Positions 39,890-53,222 of a DNA stretch of 64,000 nt are shown here, piece by piece. Both the position numbers and the translations under genes were made by a program. Source of the DNA: Octopus bimaculoides (lineage: Eukaryota); NCBI RefSeq assembly GCF_001194135.2, contig NC_068984.1, positions 73,114,347 to 73,178,346 on the forward strand, read 5' to 3'. The notes beneath the pieces are model-generated. The model did no database searches. It was not told the DNA's origin and was given only the letters and a program-made list of their open reading frames with translations. Position 1 is the first letter of the stretch. Each line of letters begins with the position of its first letter.

Positions 39890-40085
39890 AACGTTATAAC
39901 TTGCTGGATATTAATTTCGAATTTTAGCACAAGTCCAATAATTCTGTGGAAGGACGTAAGTTGTTTACATCGACCCCCAGTACTCAACCGTTACTTTTTT
40001 AACGACCACGAAATATTAAAAGACAAAGTTGACCTCGGCGGAATTTGAACACGGTACTTTAAGGTGGACGAAATACCGATAAGCA
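39890..40085 (-). mobile_element. Degraded tRNA-derived SINE
   Basis: CATCGACCCCCAGTAC...AAAGTTGACCTCGGCGGAATTTGAAC is the reverse complement of the family core and B box. Confidence 0.8.
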
Positions 40086-40599
40086 CACGAAGTCACCACC
40101 TTGGTTATTCTTGATATAGAAAGGTAAATAAAGGTGGAGAATGTATCGCAATTAATAATGCACTGAATCTGTCTTTCCTTCTGGTTTGGTCGACTATTTA
40201 AGAATTGATAAGTGTTTAATTCAGTCTCCACATTGTACAAAGTTCTTAATCTAAATTCATAATGCGAACGCGCATGTGTGTGTACTTTAGTGAGAATGTT
40301 TATGCTTAAGTGTATCTTTCATCCTCTGGAAGTGATGGTCAGTTTGCGTTCACGTAAGTTGCCGGAACAGCATTTAGTAAACTAAAACGAATAGTAAACT
40401 TTAAATATAAGCACTGGGGTAAAATTTTATCAACCAATCCCTTCAAGTTAATTGCCAAGCGAGGCTGTATTTCAATGACAGAAGCAAACGAATAAAAGAA
40501 TATGCAGAGGGGGATAAAATTCCTGTTAATATTTTCATATGTCGGTCAGCACCGAGGTAAGTCGAAGTCTCGTCAGTTTCTTCATAGATTACTTATTAA

Positions 40600-40670
<71 letters not shown>

Positions 40671-41249
40671 ACTTCAGACCTTCCAGCTGTTCCACATAGT
40701 CTTCACCCAACACCCTACTTCATTCATGAAACACTCAGCTCTCTTTTCCTTCATTGAATGTCATGGTTCTGCAGCTCCGAGTTAGCTAGACGTCTTGCTT
40801 GTTTTCGTCTTTGTCCGCCCACTAAACGTTTCGTCTTGAATTACATTTATTTGATATGTGTATGTGCACTTTCTGTATTTCTTTATTTATTGTCTCTTTG
40901 TTCACTTTCTATCATGTTTGGTACGTTAGTCGTAGGCTCGCCATATCCCGGCGGTTTCATGCTGTCGGTGCCACCAGAAGGGAAATATTATTACGACTGA
41001 AGATGCGAAATTGCATTAGACTTTGACCAATAAAAGATGAGGATTTGCTTACCGTATGTCCATGTTATATATATATATTACAAAAATAAAATAGAAACTA
41101 CACCTAGAAATGTAAGGGGGAAGTAAGAAGAAAGATAAGCGAAAATGCACATTGGAAATCAAATAAAGTATAGGCTTTTTATAAAAAGTAAAGATAGATA
41201 TATACAATTTGATGAGCTGAGGTAGGAATAAAAGTAATAAAAGTCATTA

Positions 41250-44200
41250 TTGTGAATTGTTAAAGAGATTCAAATGCATACCGGTTTCGTAATCTTACTA
41301 ATCATCGCTTTGAATGCACACCGATTACTGAACGATGTCAGGTCTACTAGTCCCTAAGTAAAAAGGTTATGTGTAAGGGAGGTAAGTAGTTCTGGATTTG
41401 GTGCAATTAGGGTAGATATAGATCTGTAATGTGAATGATGTATGGGATGTATGGGGGTTAATGGTATTAAATGAAAGGTTAGCAGTGTTCTGTATTATGT
41501 CAGGTGTTCATATTTAGTTGTGGAAGATAGTTATTGATGAAAATTGCCTCTTTATTCATTATTTGTTGTACTGAGGTGTTCTGTGAACATTGATAGAAGG
41601 GAAAAATTAGGAAATTAAGATTAAGATTCCTCGCACACTTTTCTATGTGTCCACTGACCTGTATCTGTCTGTATTGTGGGTGGCGGATTTGTTCTTTGTG
41701 GAGAGTGGTTCGTCGACGGAGTGATATTCCTGTTTGGCCAACATAATTATTACCACACCCTAAGCATGTAATGGCATAGATTAGATTTTCCGAGGCACAG
41801 GTGAAATTTGATTTAATCTTAAATATTTCACCTTTTTTAAAGTGAAACGCTGAACCCTCCAAAAGGCGGGGGCTAGTACCACAGTTAGGTCGACCACATT
41901 TTTTCACTTTTGGTTCTGTTGTTAATGGATATAGTCTTGCGCTGGTTAATATTTTTTCAATGATTTAGGTTGCATTTTGATTTGATAATTTTGTGTGAGC
42001 CTAAACTTTTGTTCGTTGTTTTATCTCTTGTGAGGATGGGTAGATTTTGAATGATAATGTTAAAGGCTTCGCTGTTTCTAGGGTTATGTGTGGAGATGTA
42101 TGGGAGTATTTTTAAGTCTGGTGTAGTATTTCGGTTGACTTCCCTTAATGTTCGTATATCTATTTCCTTAGCTCGTTTAATTCCATCATTTATTAATGAT
42201 ATTGGGTAATGTCTTTTGATTAGTATTGATCTGAGTTCAAGGACTCTTCGTTCACGAGTATAGGTTTTCCGAAACTATGGTACAGATTCTTTTTGCTAGA
42301 TTATAAGGTATATGAATTTTTATGTGTTTGGGGTGGCATGAGTTGAATAATAGGTATTGTTTAGAATTTGTGGGTTTATAGAAAATGTCTGTTTCGATGT
42401 GGTTATTGACTATTTTAGTTGTTTACTGATGTGTTCCATGGTAAATTGTATGTTGCTATTAATATTGTTATGCATTATTGTGAAATCGAGGAGTTTGTCC
42501 AAGCTGTCTTTCCAAAGTATAAAGCAATCGTCCAGATACCTCTTCCAGTTCTCCTTTAAATAGCAATGAAAAGAGGTGCCATATTTTTGTAGTGATGATT
42601 GATATATTTTAAGCTCTATGTAACCCATTACAAGTTTCGCAATCACTAGAGCAGCTCGGGTTCCCATTGCAATTCAACATTTTTGTCGATAGTAAACTGT
42701 ATCGAACATGAAATAGTTGTTCAGTAGGATGAATTTGAGTGCAACGACTATGAATTTGTGGTTGATGCGTCCTGGGATCTCTTCTCGGTACTTTTCTAGC
42801 CAGAAGGTGATTGCTTCTATACCATAATCGTGTGGGATATTTGTGTACAAATTCACCACATCGAATGATACTAACAGGGTTCCTTCATTTGTTGTCTTTG
42901 GGAGGTGGTTAAGCATGTCCAAGTCATCCCTGATGAAGCTTTTCACATATTTTAGAAACGGTTTGAGTAAGATGTCAAGTTGCTCAAACGGTGGGTTTCA
43001 CAAGCGGGGCCAGCAATGATGGGTCTCAGTATGAGGTCAGTAGGGGGAGGAACATTAATGCATAGGCTAGGAGCAACTTTGCAAGCTTTACAAATATGTG
43101 GATTTTTGTGGATTTTAGGTAATCCGTAGAATAGACTAGGTCTGTATTTAAAATTGGATAAATAGTCAATTTCATGTATAGTGAGGCCCTTTCCATGTGT
43201 TTGAAGTAAAGAGGATAAGTTTTTAAGTGTCTTCTATGGGTTGTTTTGTGCTATCTTCTCATAGTAAATATTATTTTCTAACATAGAGAGTATTAACTTT
43301 TTGTAGTACTCTGTGTCCATCACCACTACTGCACTACCTTTGTCGGCTTCTTTATTGGTGAGGTTTATATCAATTTTTAACTCGATTAGGTCTTTCCATT
43401 CATTTACATTAAGGTTGGATTTAATTCGTTGGTTTTGTAGGGTATTAAAAAGAAAACTGGTAATGTCTTCACAAAAAGTATCAAGTGCTTTATTTCTGCC
43501 TTTTGTAGGACAGTATTCACTTTTGTTTTTTGTTATTGAGTCATCTTCGCTGGTGTAGTTGTGAGGCGTAATTTTCAGCAGAAATCCATAGTGTTAGCCT
43601 TAATTTCATTCGGATTCGATCTGCGAGGCGTTGGAGTAAACTTTAAACCTCTTGCTAGAATTTTAGTTTGTGTAATACTTAGGATTTTCTTTGATAAGTT
43701 GATTATTTTCGGTTTTTCTTGTACATTTTGTTCCATTTCACATCTCTGTTTCTCCGATTTAGGTCTAAAAAATGGTTGCAGTATGTGGATTGTTGTGGGA
43801 AGTCTGTATTTTGTTTGGTTTGCTGAGGAGAAAATGGGTGTAAAGTGTGTCTGTGGTAATATGTTGGTGGTGGAGTGACTGTGTAGCGGGCTAGATTATG
43901 GTTGTACTGAGGGTTGTTATATTGTCTATGGTTGATGTGGTTAGGGTTAAATTTATTTTTAATATTGTAATGTGGGTGGAGGGAGAAGTTATGTTGTCTA
44001 GGTAAATTCTTCCATTTATTGTGAGATGATGTGGGTGGATTGGTACCCAAAAGTTTAGGTTAGTTTGGAGGTTTCGATGGAACACTTGATTTGTATGTAC
44101 GATGCCTTGAGGGTTACGTCCAAATTTTCTATTGTGGGCTAAATTCTTGAGTGTTCTTTGTAAGTTATTTTGGGGTGTAAGAGAGGTTAGGTCGGTGGAG

Positions 44201-44307
44201 TTGTGTCCCCTAGATCGTCTGTGGTTTGTGTTAAGTGTGGGTTCATTTCTGTGTATGTTTTTGGTCTATTTCTCTTCAGGAAGGGGTTATCTGATGCGTA
44301 TTCTATG
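41250..44307 (-). mobile_element. Near full-length decayed Penelope-like element (Neptune-type) with RT and C-terminal GIY-YIG endonuclease; 5' end runs into the gap
   Basis: RT motifs: LFYGLPKIHK, LRPIIAGP, LVSFDVVNLYTNIPH, NYFMFDTVYYRQKC*IAMGT, WKRYLDDCFILW, IQFTMEH, IFYKPTNSKQYLLFNSCHP. Endonuclease: KCGRPNC...NLIYAITCLGCGNNYVGQTGISLRRRTTLH...KEAIFINNYLPQLN (41500-41907). The Cys-rich linker before the GIY-YIG domain is Neptune-like. Stops and frameshifts are present. Confidence 0.96.
41268..41315 (-). ncRNA. Degenerate type I hammerhead-ribozyme-like motif in the PLE 3' terminal region
   Basis: Sense strand reads ATTCAAA-GC-GATGA-ttagtaagattac-GAA-ACCGGT-A-tgca-TTTGAAT. It has a palindromic helix III and complementary flanks, but the CTGA core is damaged. 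Confidence 0.5.
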
Positions 44308-47089
44308 NNNNNNNNNNNNNNNNNNNNNNNNNNNNNNNNNNNNNNNNNNNNNNNNNNNNNNNNNNNNNNNNNNNNNNNNNNNNNNNNNNNNNNNNNNNNN
44401 NNNNNNNNNNNNNNNNNNNNNNNNNNNNNNNNNNNNNNNNNNNNNNNNNNNNNNNNNNNNNNNNNNNNNNNNNNNNNNNNNNNNNNNNNNNNNNNNNNNN
44501 NNNNNNNNNNNNNNNNNNNNNNNNNNNNNNNNNNNNNNNNNNNNNNNNNNNNNNNNNNNNNNNNNNNNNNNNNNNNNNNNNNNNNNNNNNNNNNNNNNNN
44601 NNNNNNNNNNNNNNNNNNNNNNNNNNNNNNNNNNNNNNNNNNNNNNNNNNNNNNNNNNNNNNNNNNNNNNNNNNNNNNNNNNNNNNNNNNNNNNNNNNNN
44701 NNNNNNNNNNNNNNNNNNNNNNNNNNNNNNNNNNNNNNNNNNNNNNNNNNNNNNNNNNNNNNNATATAGTACTATATTCACGAAGTGTGAGCGTGTGAGT
44801 ATTACATACATATATACATATACGCTTTTGTGTTTGTACGATGACATGCCATGCACTGCCCGTTTACCAAATTTCATTCACAGTATTTTAGCGAACAACA
44901 GTCTGTGGGTGACGCTAACTTGGGAAGAACTCGAAACTACAGAATCTTCCTATTCTAACAATAACTGCACCGATATAAGCATATGTATTTGTGTGCGTGT
45001 GTATGTGTGTGTGTGTGTGTGTGCTAGTGAGTGTCTGTCTGTGTTTGTGAGTGTATGTGTGTGTGCGTGTGTGTGTGTAGGGGGTATGTGTGTGTATATT
45101 AGGCAATGAGTATCAGAAGAAAACAACAAGGAAGGATTCGTTTTAATAAATATTAACATACACATATACACGATCATAGGCATGTGCATACACAATACAC
45201 ACAGAGGTAGACATTTCTCAAGAGGGTAAGTTAAATTTAATGATATTCCAAGGAATAAGTTTTGAAGCAATAAGCCAAACAACTAAAATTTTAAATAAAT
45301 CTTTTCGACAAAACACGCAATCAATCTTCCACCGTATCAGTCACATTATCCACGAACCAACTTTTCTTTTTCTTTTTCATGTCTGAGAAGATAACAATAT
45401 ATATATATATCAAATAATATTTATTTACATACCTCTTTACTGTCATGGTAAACGTGTAATTTTAACTTATTTCTGTTTTATACATTTGTTTTACAAAGTT
45501 ATCTTTCCTGTTATTTCCTTTTGTTTATTTTCTGTAAGTTTTGTTCTTACTTGCTATCACGACTGTCCTGTGTGAGTGTCAATCAATAGTTTCATATATT
45601 TGCATCCTATATGAAAAAGCATGTGTATAGGTGTGTCTTTCTAATGTGTTTGTCGAGTGCATGTGTTGGTATGCATGGCTTTGTAAATGCGTATATGTAA
45701 AAGTCTGTATATGTACATATATGTACTGTATGTGAGTTTGTATGTGCATACATACATATATAGATATATGCATGCATACTTACGTATGCATATATATATA
45801 TATACGCATGTATTTATAATAATTATATATTTATATATATTTATAATAATTATATATAAATATATATGTGTTATATATGTGTGCGTGTGTATGTGTGTGT
45901 ATGCTTGTGTGTGTGTGTGTATGCTCGTATATAAACATATATATACATGTAAATACATATATATATACATACATTAATGTAAAATTGAATATGTATATTC
46001 ACGCATACATATGTGTGTTTTGTGGGCGTGTATGTGTGTTTTGTGTAGGTGTGCGTGTATATACGTGTATTTCTGTGATGCCTTTCTCCTTTTCACAAAG
46101 TAAATAAAGAATTCGTCCCGTCTCGTAAACGCAAATTTAATTTGATATGTGAGAACGAAACCACAGTAACATTTGCATAATTAAACTTTATTGAAATATC
46201 CTGTCTCTTTTAACTAAGATGAACACGGGAGACAGAAATCAATCCTATCCGTTCGTTTACTTGTTAGTTATTAATAACATATATTATAAACGAAGGATGA
46301 TATATCGTTTCAGCAGAACGCTAAAACTCATTTTTTAAATAAAGATTATTATATTTTATTGTTAATGTTGATAAAAGTTTAAGACAAATATACAACATTA
46401 TATATTAAAATTTAATAACATATAGTTTATTTTGGGTTGTATTGCATTTAAGTTGTAATGGTTCTGACATTTTGACACAATTTTAAGGAAGACTGTAAGC
46501 GCTTTATCTAGTTTTATATGGTATTATCACACTGCCAAACAAGGAGAGTTCATATGAATGCCTACAGTGAAATGAATGTTGTTTCTCATGCTAATCAGGA
46601 TATATAAATTCACAATGTTACCATTTTCTGCTAAATATCTTGCTCCCATACTAGGTAAAGTGTAGCAACAACAGCAGCTAAATATACCTGAACTTACACC
46701 CTATGGCGATTTCGAATGATTAATGACATCTTGATCTGTACTCTTTTAGATATGTATAAATGAGGGCAGTGATCATGTTTGGAACATCAATGAAAGTAGG
46801 TTATCAACTTACGTTTGATGTAGGGGGAAAAATGACGACCAACCAAGTATTTCTTGAAAATGAAAGTTTTAATTCTGGCTCACAAATAATTACAAATTTT
46901 GCAATGACGAAATTCTTACAAACGTTCGACAAAATGCTTTGTGTTATTTAGTTTCAACTTTATAAGTTTCGAGTTCAAACCATTATGACATTCTCTCTCG
47001 TTTGTTCGAGGCTAGACCTTATTAGAATGGTGAACTGGCAGAATTGTAACTGGAAAAATTGACTACTATTTCTAATAGGTTCAAGTGTT

Positions 47090-47524
47090 CCTACATTGAG
47101 ACACTTTTATGGTTTGTATCAGTGTATTTGATTTCATTGTGAAAGTAGGTTCTCATGAGAAATTAAGATATGAATCAACTCGGTCGTTCTCATTGATATT
47201 CACCAATACATAACGATTCTTCACGAATTGTCAAATAACAATGAAACAGGATGATTTGATCTCCATCACAAAGTCGTGAGCAAAGCATCATGGGTTCTAA
47301 TTTGACTGTGTGGTTATATACACTACCTATATTTATTTATTGATAAATACCAAACAAGTAGAGTCGTTGGAGCGTCGGATCGAAGTCTTTACAGTATTCG
47401 TCCCGGCTCTTTGGGTTCTGGATTAATATCTCACCGAAGTAAACATTGCCCTGCACTTTTCCACTACTGGAAACATTTCTGGTTTCCCTATTTCTATATT
47501 TCTCCTTTTTTCTTCCCCTCCCAC

Positions 47525-47573
<49 letters not shown>

Positions 47574-47960
47574 CTTTAGGAAGAAATAAAAAAATTTGGC
47601 TGTGGTCACGCCTGAAGATAGATGGGTTCCGTAAGGTTTAAATACCCATGTGTGTGTGCTTCTTTATTCTTCGAGTCTTTCACTAGTTTCAGTTATGGGA
47701 TTATGGTCATTCTGGAGCATTTCATTCAAATAAATATTTCAGTATATTGAAGCAAGTGTTTCTCAAATTTCTTTAACGTTAAGACAGGACTGAAGGCAGT
47801 ACCCATTACTTTTTTTTCCTTGTCAAAGACTCTGGTTTGAGGAAGGTAGAATAGTATTCTTAATCGGAAGTCTAGACCGAATGTTTGCAACAGATTAAAC
47901 TTCAATATAAGCATCAAATGATCAGATGGCGTTAATCCAGGAAACGTATTATACCTGCCT
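47090..47960 (-). mobile_element. Old PLE RT remnant interrupted by a (CT)n tract
   Basis: LMLILKFNL...KVMGTAFSPVLTLKKFEKHLL resembles the PLE MGT.FAP..A.L.M..FE motif, and PTFTMKS occurs further downstream near 47140. Confidence 0.5.
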
Positions 47961-50900
47961 CTTAGGAAGTCAAGGTACAAAATACCAGATAAAAGATGGC
48001 ATGGAATTTCTTCCGATTTGTCAACACTTACACATCCTTAGACTGGTACTTTATCGACTCTGAAAACACGAGACAAAGTTGATCTCGACAGTGCTGATCC
48101 TATTGAGTTTCCAAGTCGGCTGATTACATCAAGTAAATGCATGCATGCTTTTAACGTATTTTTTTCTCGATTTACTGGTTTTGGTAATTATACCATACTT
48201 ATCCTGGGGCACTGAATTCAAGTGTATATAACGACGACAGGTGCTGTTGTCGTTATATACACTTGATTGATACTCAGTTTAATCTCAACAACAGGTAGAA
48301 CCTTGTGATACGGGAAATTCAAGAGTCTAAAATAACGTAACCAAATCTTGCAAGACATTTGTGGAATTTCATCAAATATATGTGAATTTATGGTACTATT
48401 CACAATAAAAACTGTCCAACTGTAATCTGGTATATCGCAAGGAAACAACTGTGTATTAGGTTCATTGTTTCAAATTCATTATTACTTTAGTTGTAATTAT
48501 TGTCGTTTCATGTAGTTCAAATCCGATAGAGAAGACCTACCTTCAAAGACATTCCAGCTGTCGCTATGTCTCCATTTTTATATATTGAACAATGTATTAA
48601 CAAATATAGCTGTTTGTTTTTAAAACAGATTTGGCTGCTGTTTCTAGCCGGATGAGTGGTAATCACATTCCCTTCATGGCTTCGATTCTATTCATAGTGA
48701 AACGACAGGACTGGTAAATGAAGACGTGGATAGACAGAAAAGTTAAGAAATAGATTTATAATTTTCCAACGCAGTCAATGTATTTCAAACTGTAAGCAAT
48801 TATACAAAAGAAGTTTTAAGTGAATACATTTATTATTTTAAAAAATCCGTGTAATTTATACTTCTGTTATTAGAAAATGGCTTTATGTAAACTTGTTATT
48901 TTTGTGAAAAAGCAGGCGTATATGTATGAATGTGATGTATGCTTTTGTCTATCAATGCTTCGACACCCACAAATAGTCTGAACTAGCTCTAATGTTTCAG
49001 CTATCATTCTATTGTTTGAGAAACAGCTCATCGTTTCTTTTCTGAATTAAGAATCAGGAATATATATGTGAGTGTATGTGTGTTTGTGTGTGAGGTTCTG
49101 TGTGTAACCTATGTGTGTGTGTGTGTGTGTGTNNNNNNNNNNNNNNNNNNNNNNNNNNNNNNNNNNNNNNNNNNNNNNNNNNNNNNNNNNNNNNNNNNNN
49201 NNNNNNNNNNNNNNNNNNNNNNNNNNNNNNNNNNNNNNNNNNNNNNNNNNNNNNNNNNNNNNNNNNNNNNNNNNNNNNNNNNNNNNNNNNNNNNNNNNNN
49301 NNNNNNNNNNNNNNNNNNNNNNNNNNNNNNNNNNNNNNNNNNNNNNNNNNNNNNNNNNNNNNNNNNNNNNNNNNNNNNNNNNNNNNNNNNNNNNNNNNNN
49401 NNNNNNNNNNNNNNNNNNNNNNNNNNNNNNNNNNNNNNNNNNNNNNNNNNNNNNNNNNNNNNNNNNNNNNNNNNNNNNNNNNNNNNNNNNNNNNNNNNNN
49501 NNNNNNNNNNNNNNNNNNNNNNNNNNNNNNNNNNNNNNNNNNNNNNNNNNNNNNNNNNNNNNNNNNNNNNNGAACATAGATAGATAGATAGTTAGATAGA
49601 TATGAGCAGGCCCATGCTTTTTTGCTTGTTAATTAAATTTAGTGTGTACACAATATAAGCACACAAGTATCCACACACACACACACACACACATAAACAC
49701 ACACACACACATATACACACAAGCACAAACACACACATACACGCACGCACATGCATATACATACACACATATGTATGCATGAATGAATGCTCGTCTGTAT
49801 GTAAGTAGTAATTAATGTATATATTTATGTATGTATGTATGTATGTATATATGTATGTATGTACGTATGTATGTATGTATGTATGTATGTATGTATGTAT
49901 GAACGAATGAATGAATGAATGACTAAATGAATGAATGAAAGAATGAATGTACGTATGTATGTTTGTATGTATGTACACGACTATTGCATTTTTCTTTTTT
50001 TTTTTAAATGAAGGAATACAAAACAAAAATACCTTTTGATCGTAGTAGACTTCAGAAAAAGCTGATGGTTTTCGTCTTCAATATTAATTGTGCTCCGCTG
50101 TTGTTCCAGTGATAACTATCACACTTTCCCTATAATAAGCTTTCCATTTAATCGCAGTAGATTACATTAGTTATTAATAAGTCCTCTCTGAATATTCCAC
50201 TAACTTATATCCCAGCATAAAAATCAATTCTTCTCTCTACCTCGAGTGAATACAGAAGAATAGAGGCAGAAAGAAAGGAAAATAGATAGATAAAAAGAAA
50301 GAATAAAGAAAAGTAGGGAAAAAAAGAACAGAAATTTGATAAGTATATCTTTGAAGACTGTGAAAGAGAAAACGTTCAAAGTTTCATTATATTAGTTTTC
50401 TCCCCGCGTTTTCCACGTCTGCTCTGAAAATAAACATTTTCAAGAATTTAATACCTGATAAGACTTGCAATAGCTGTTTGATGAAGCTGTGTGAAAGAAA
50501 ATTGATAAGAATTTTGAGTTATTCAATAAAATGCGAAACAATGGAATAGTTATAACAATAAATTAATTAATAAATAAATAAATAAGTACTATAGAAATAA
50601 TCGAATTATTATCACATATAATAGTTTCGTAAATATAAAATATAAAATTAAAAAAGAAAGACAAGAAAATGTCATTCACAACTAAGATGTTACCATCAAA
50701 ATTTATATGGCTGCCGAGGAATCAGTGAGGAAGCTTCTTGTAGTCGTTCAAGCTAACTGAAATAACAGTGAAATCTCTTTCCCTTGAAGTCACACACCAT
50801 GTTGTATTTCTCTTCAACGAGAGATTTCAATTTATAACTTTCATATATGTACTATGACCTAAGAAAAGTCGCGATTGTTAAAGATGGAATCCCCTTATTC

Positions 50901-51312
50901 ATAAGTCATCACGTTAGGAGCTAACAATAGCTTATCATAGCAAGGGTTGTTACTTGATGCATGAAGAAAATAAGGATGATAACTCCAATAGGCTCAATTA
51001 ACTGAATTTTATTTTGAAGAATACTGTATAGGAGTGACTACATTTTTGATTGTGAATTAATAAAAACAAGAGGATTGCGCTTATCCTAGTGGCACTTAGC
51101 AGCAAATAATATTCTACTTTAGCTGGAGAGTATTTTCCTTATCACGCCGCGATAGCAACATAGTTACAGGTATGGAAACGTACCTCGTTATGAAAAAAAT
51201 GGCAAATAACATTAAGACTACCACCACCACTATTACTTCTACTACTCCCACCCCCATCGCCACTACCACCATCACCACCACCACCACCACCACTACTACT
51301 ACTACAGCGACG

Positions 51313-51865
51313 AAGAAATTCAAGATTCAGTCTTCCGCGGGAAAAATGATGCTAACCCTTTTTTGAGACTCAAAAGGGCCTATACTGGAAGCCTTCTTGG
51401 GAAAGGGGTGTATAATCAACAGTGCAAGATACAGTGCTTTGCTGGCCAGCAAAGTGAAGCAAGCAATTCGGATCAAACGCCGAAGCCTATTGTAGAAGAA
51501 AGTTTTGTTGTTGCCTAACAATGCACGAGACCGTTGAAACCACGAACCAATTGGATTTTGAGGTGTTGCAACACACTGCCTACAGCACAGATCTCGCCCC
51601 TTTCGACTATCATATCTTTGGACCGCTCAAAGATGGTTGACGAGGTCGTCGATTTTCTACGGATGAAGATGTGAAGAAAACGGTGTATAAATGGTTGCAC
51701 GACCGACCGAAAACCTTCCTGGAGGGAATACGCAAGATTGCAGACCGCTTGATCTAGTGCATCGAAAAAGAAGGAGACAATATATAAAATGACGTACTTG
51801 TTTATGCTTTTGTGTAAATACATTGAAAAAACAAGAGTGCATATAAATTTTGACCCTCCCGCGTA
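51313..51865 (+). mobile_element. Decayed mariner transposon 3' half (irritans-like) with right TIR
   Basis: KKFKIQSSAGKMMLTLF*DSKGPIL...VLLLPNNAR...LQHTAYSTDLAPFDYHIFGPLKD...CIEKEGDNI*, followed by a TIR-like end ...TTGACCCTCCCGCG|TA at 51840-51865. Confidence 0.92.
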
Positions 51866-52194
51866 TTATTCGCATTTGGGCTGCCTTCGAATATTGGATC
51901 TTTAGAATGAGTGTTTGTTTTTACGTCTTCCTTTTGTTGATCTGTAACTTTTTTGTAATATTCATAATGTGCATTTGATGGATTTTTGTGAATCATTCTG
52001 TTTCTCCGTCCTCGTCTCCTCACCAGCACCACCACTGTCACCACTCATGAACATGATCAGAAGCAGCAGCAGCAAGAGAAACATCGTCATCATCATCAGA
52101 CTCGTTCGCGCGTCGGAAAAATTCTTGGTGGCATGTCTTTCGGTTTAACGAATCTGAGTTCAAATACCGTTGGAGTGAACTTTGTCATTTATCC

Positions 52195-52430
52195 TACGGG
52201 TCGACAAAATAAGTTAGGAGCGATAAAAACGATTTCTCTCCCCTCAAAATTGTTGGCTAAGAAGACAAAATACAGCTTAGCATTTCGTCCATCTTTACGT
52301 TTTGAGTTCAAATTCTGCTGAGATCGACTTTGCCTTTCATCCTTTCGGTTTCGATAAATAAAGTACCGGTGAAACACTGAGTCGATATATTCGATTTGTC
52401 CCCTCCCCCAAAATGGCTGCCCTTGTAGCA
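52195..52430 (-). mobile_element. SINE fragments on both strands: a reverse-strand remnant near 52195-52260, overlapped by a plus-strand copy at about 52270-52430
   Basis: The family core TTTGCCTTTCATCCTTTCGGTTTCGATAAATAAAGTACC is on the plus strand at 52329-52367. A reverse-oriented remnant (ATCCTACGGGTCGAC...CCCTCAAAAT) precedes it. The strand assignment of the upstream part is uncertain. Confidence 0.5.
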
Positions 52431-52432
52431 AA

Positions 52433-52496
<64 letters not shown>

Positions 52497-52640
52497 GTAG
52501 ACGTCGCACAGTATACAATATTGTGAGGTTGTTGATTGAAGATATTGTCTTATTATTATTATTATAATTATTACTATTATTATTATTATTATTATCATTA
52601 TTATTATTATTATTATTTTATTTTTATTATTATCATTATT

Positions 52641-53222
52641 AAGGCGGTGAGATAGCAGAATCGTTACCGCGCCAGGCAAAATGCTTAGCGGCATTTCGTC
52701 CGTTTTCACGTCCTGAATTAAAATTTCACCGATATCGACTTTACCTTTCATCCTTTCGGGGTCGATAAATAAGTACCAATAAAACACTGGGGTCGATGTA
52801 ATCAACTAGTCCCCTCCCTAAATTTCAGGCCTTTGTGCCTTAAGTAGAAAGCATAATTATTATTATTAAGGCGGCGATATGGCAGAATCTTTACCGCGCC
52901 GGGAAAAATTGCTTAGCAGCATTTCGTCCGTCTTCACGTTCTGAGTTCAAATTCCATCGAGATTGACTTTGCCGTTCATCCTTTCGGAGTCGATAAAATA
53001 AATACCTGTTGATGTAATCGACTTCCTCCTGTCTCGAAATTGCAGACAAATACTTAGTAGCATTTTGTCTGTATTTACGTCCTGAGTTCTAATTCCAGCG
53101 ACGTTGGCTTTTTCCTTTCATCTTTTCGTGGTCGGTGGAATAAATACAGGTTCAGTTTTGGGGGGGTCGATAAAATTGACTTACCTTCTCCCCAAAATTT
53201 TAGGCCTTGTGCCTATAATAGC
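52641..53222 (+). mobile_element. Three tandem copies of the same SINE (about 52641-52853, 52868-53040, 53041-53222) embedded in (TTA)n
   Basis: Repeated head AAGGCGG.GA.AT.GCAGAATC.TTACCGCGCC, core TTCATCCTTTCGG.GTCGATAAA, and TTGTGCCT tail. Confidence 0.9.

Noticed and set aside
40997-41010. CTGAAGA-TGC-GAAA minimal hammerhead-like core
   Set aside because: No helix II, and no UH triplet positioned with a pairing helix I in any topology I tried.
42674-42676. In-frame TGA in the PLE RT as possible selenocysteine or readthrough
   Set aside because: It replaces the conserved Gly of the G-x-A-M-G motif (a GGA to TGA change), and the element has other frameshifts and deletions, so this is simple decay.
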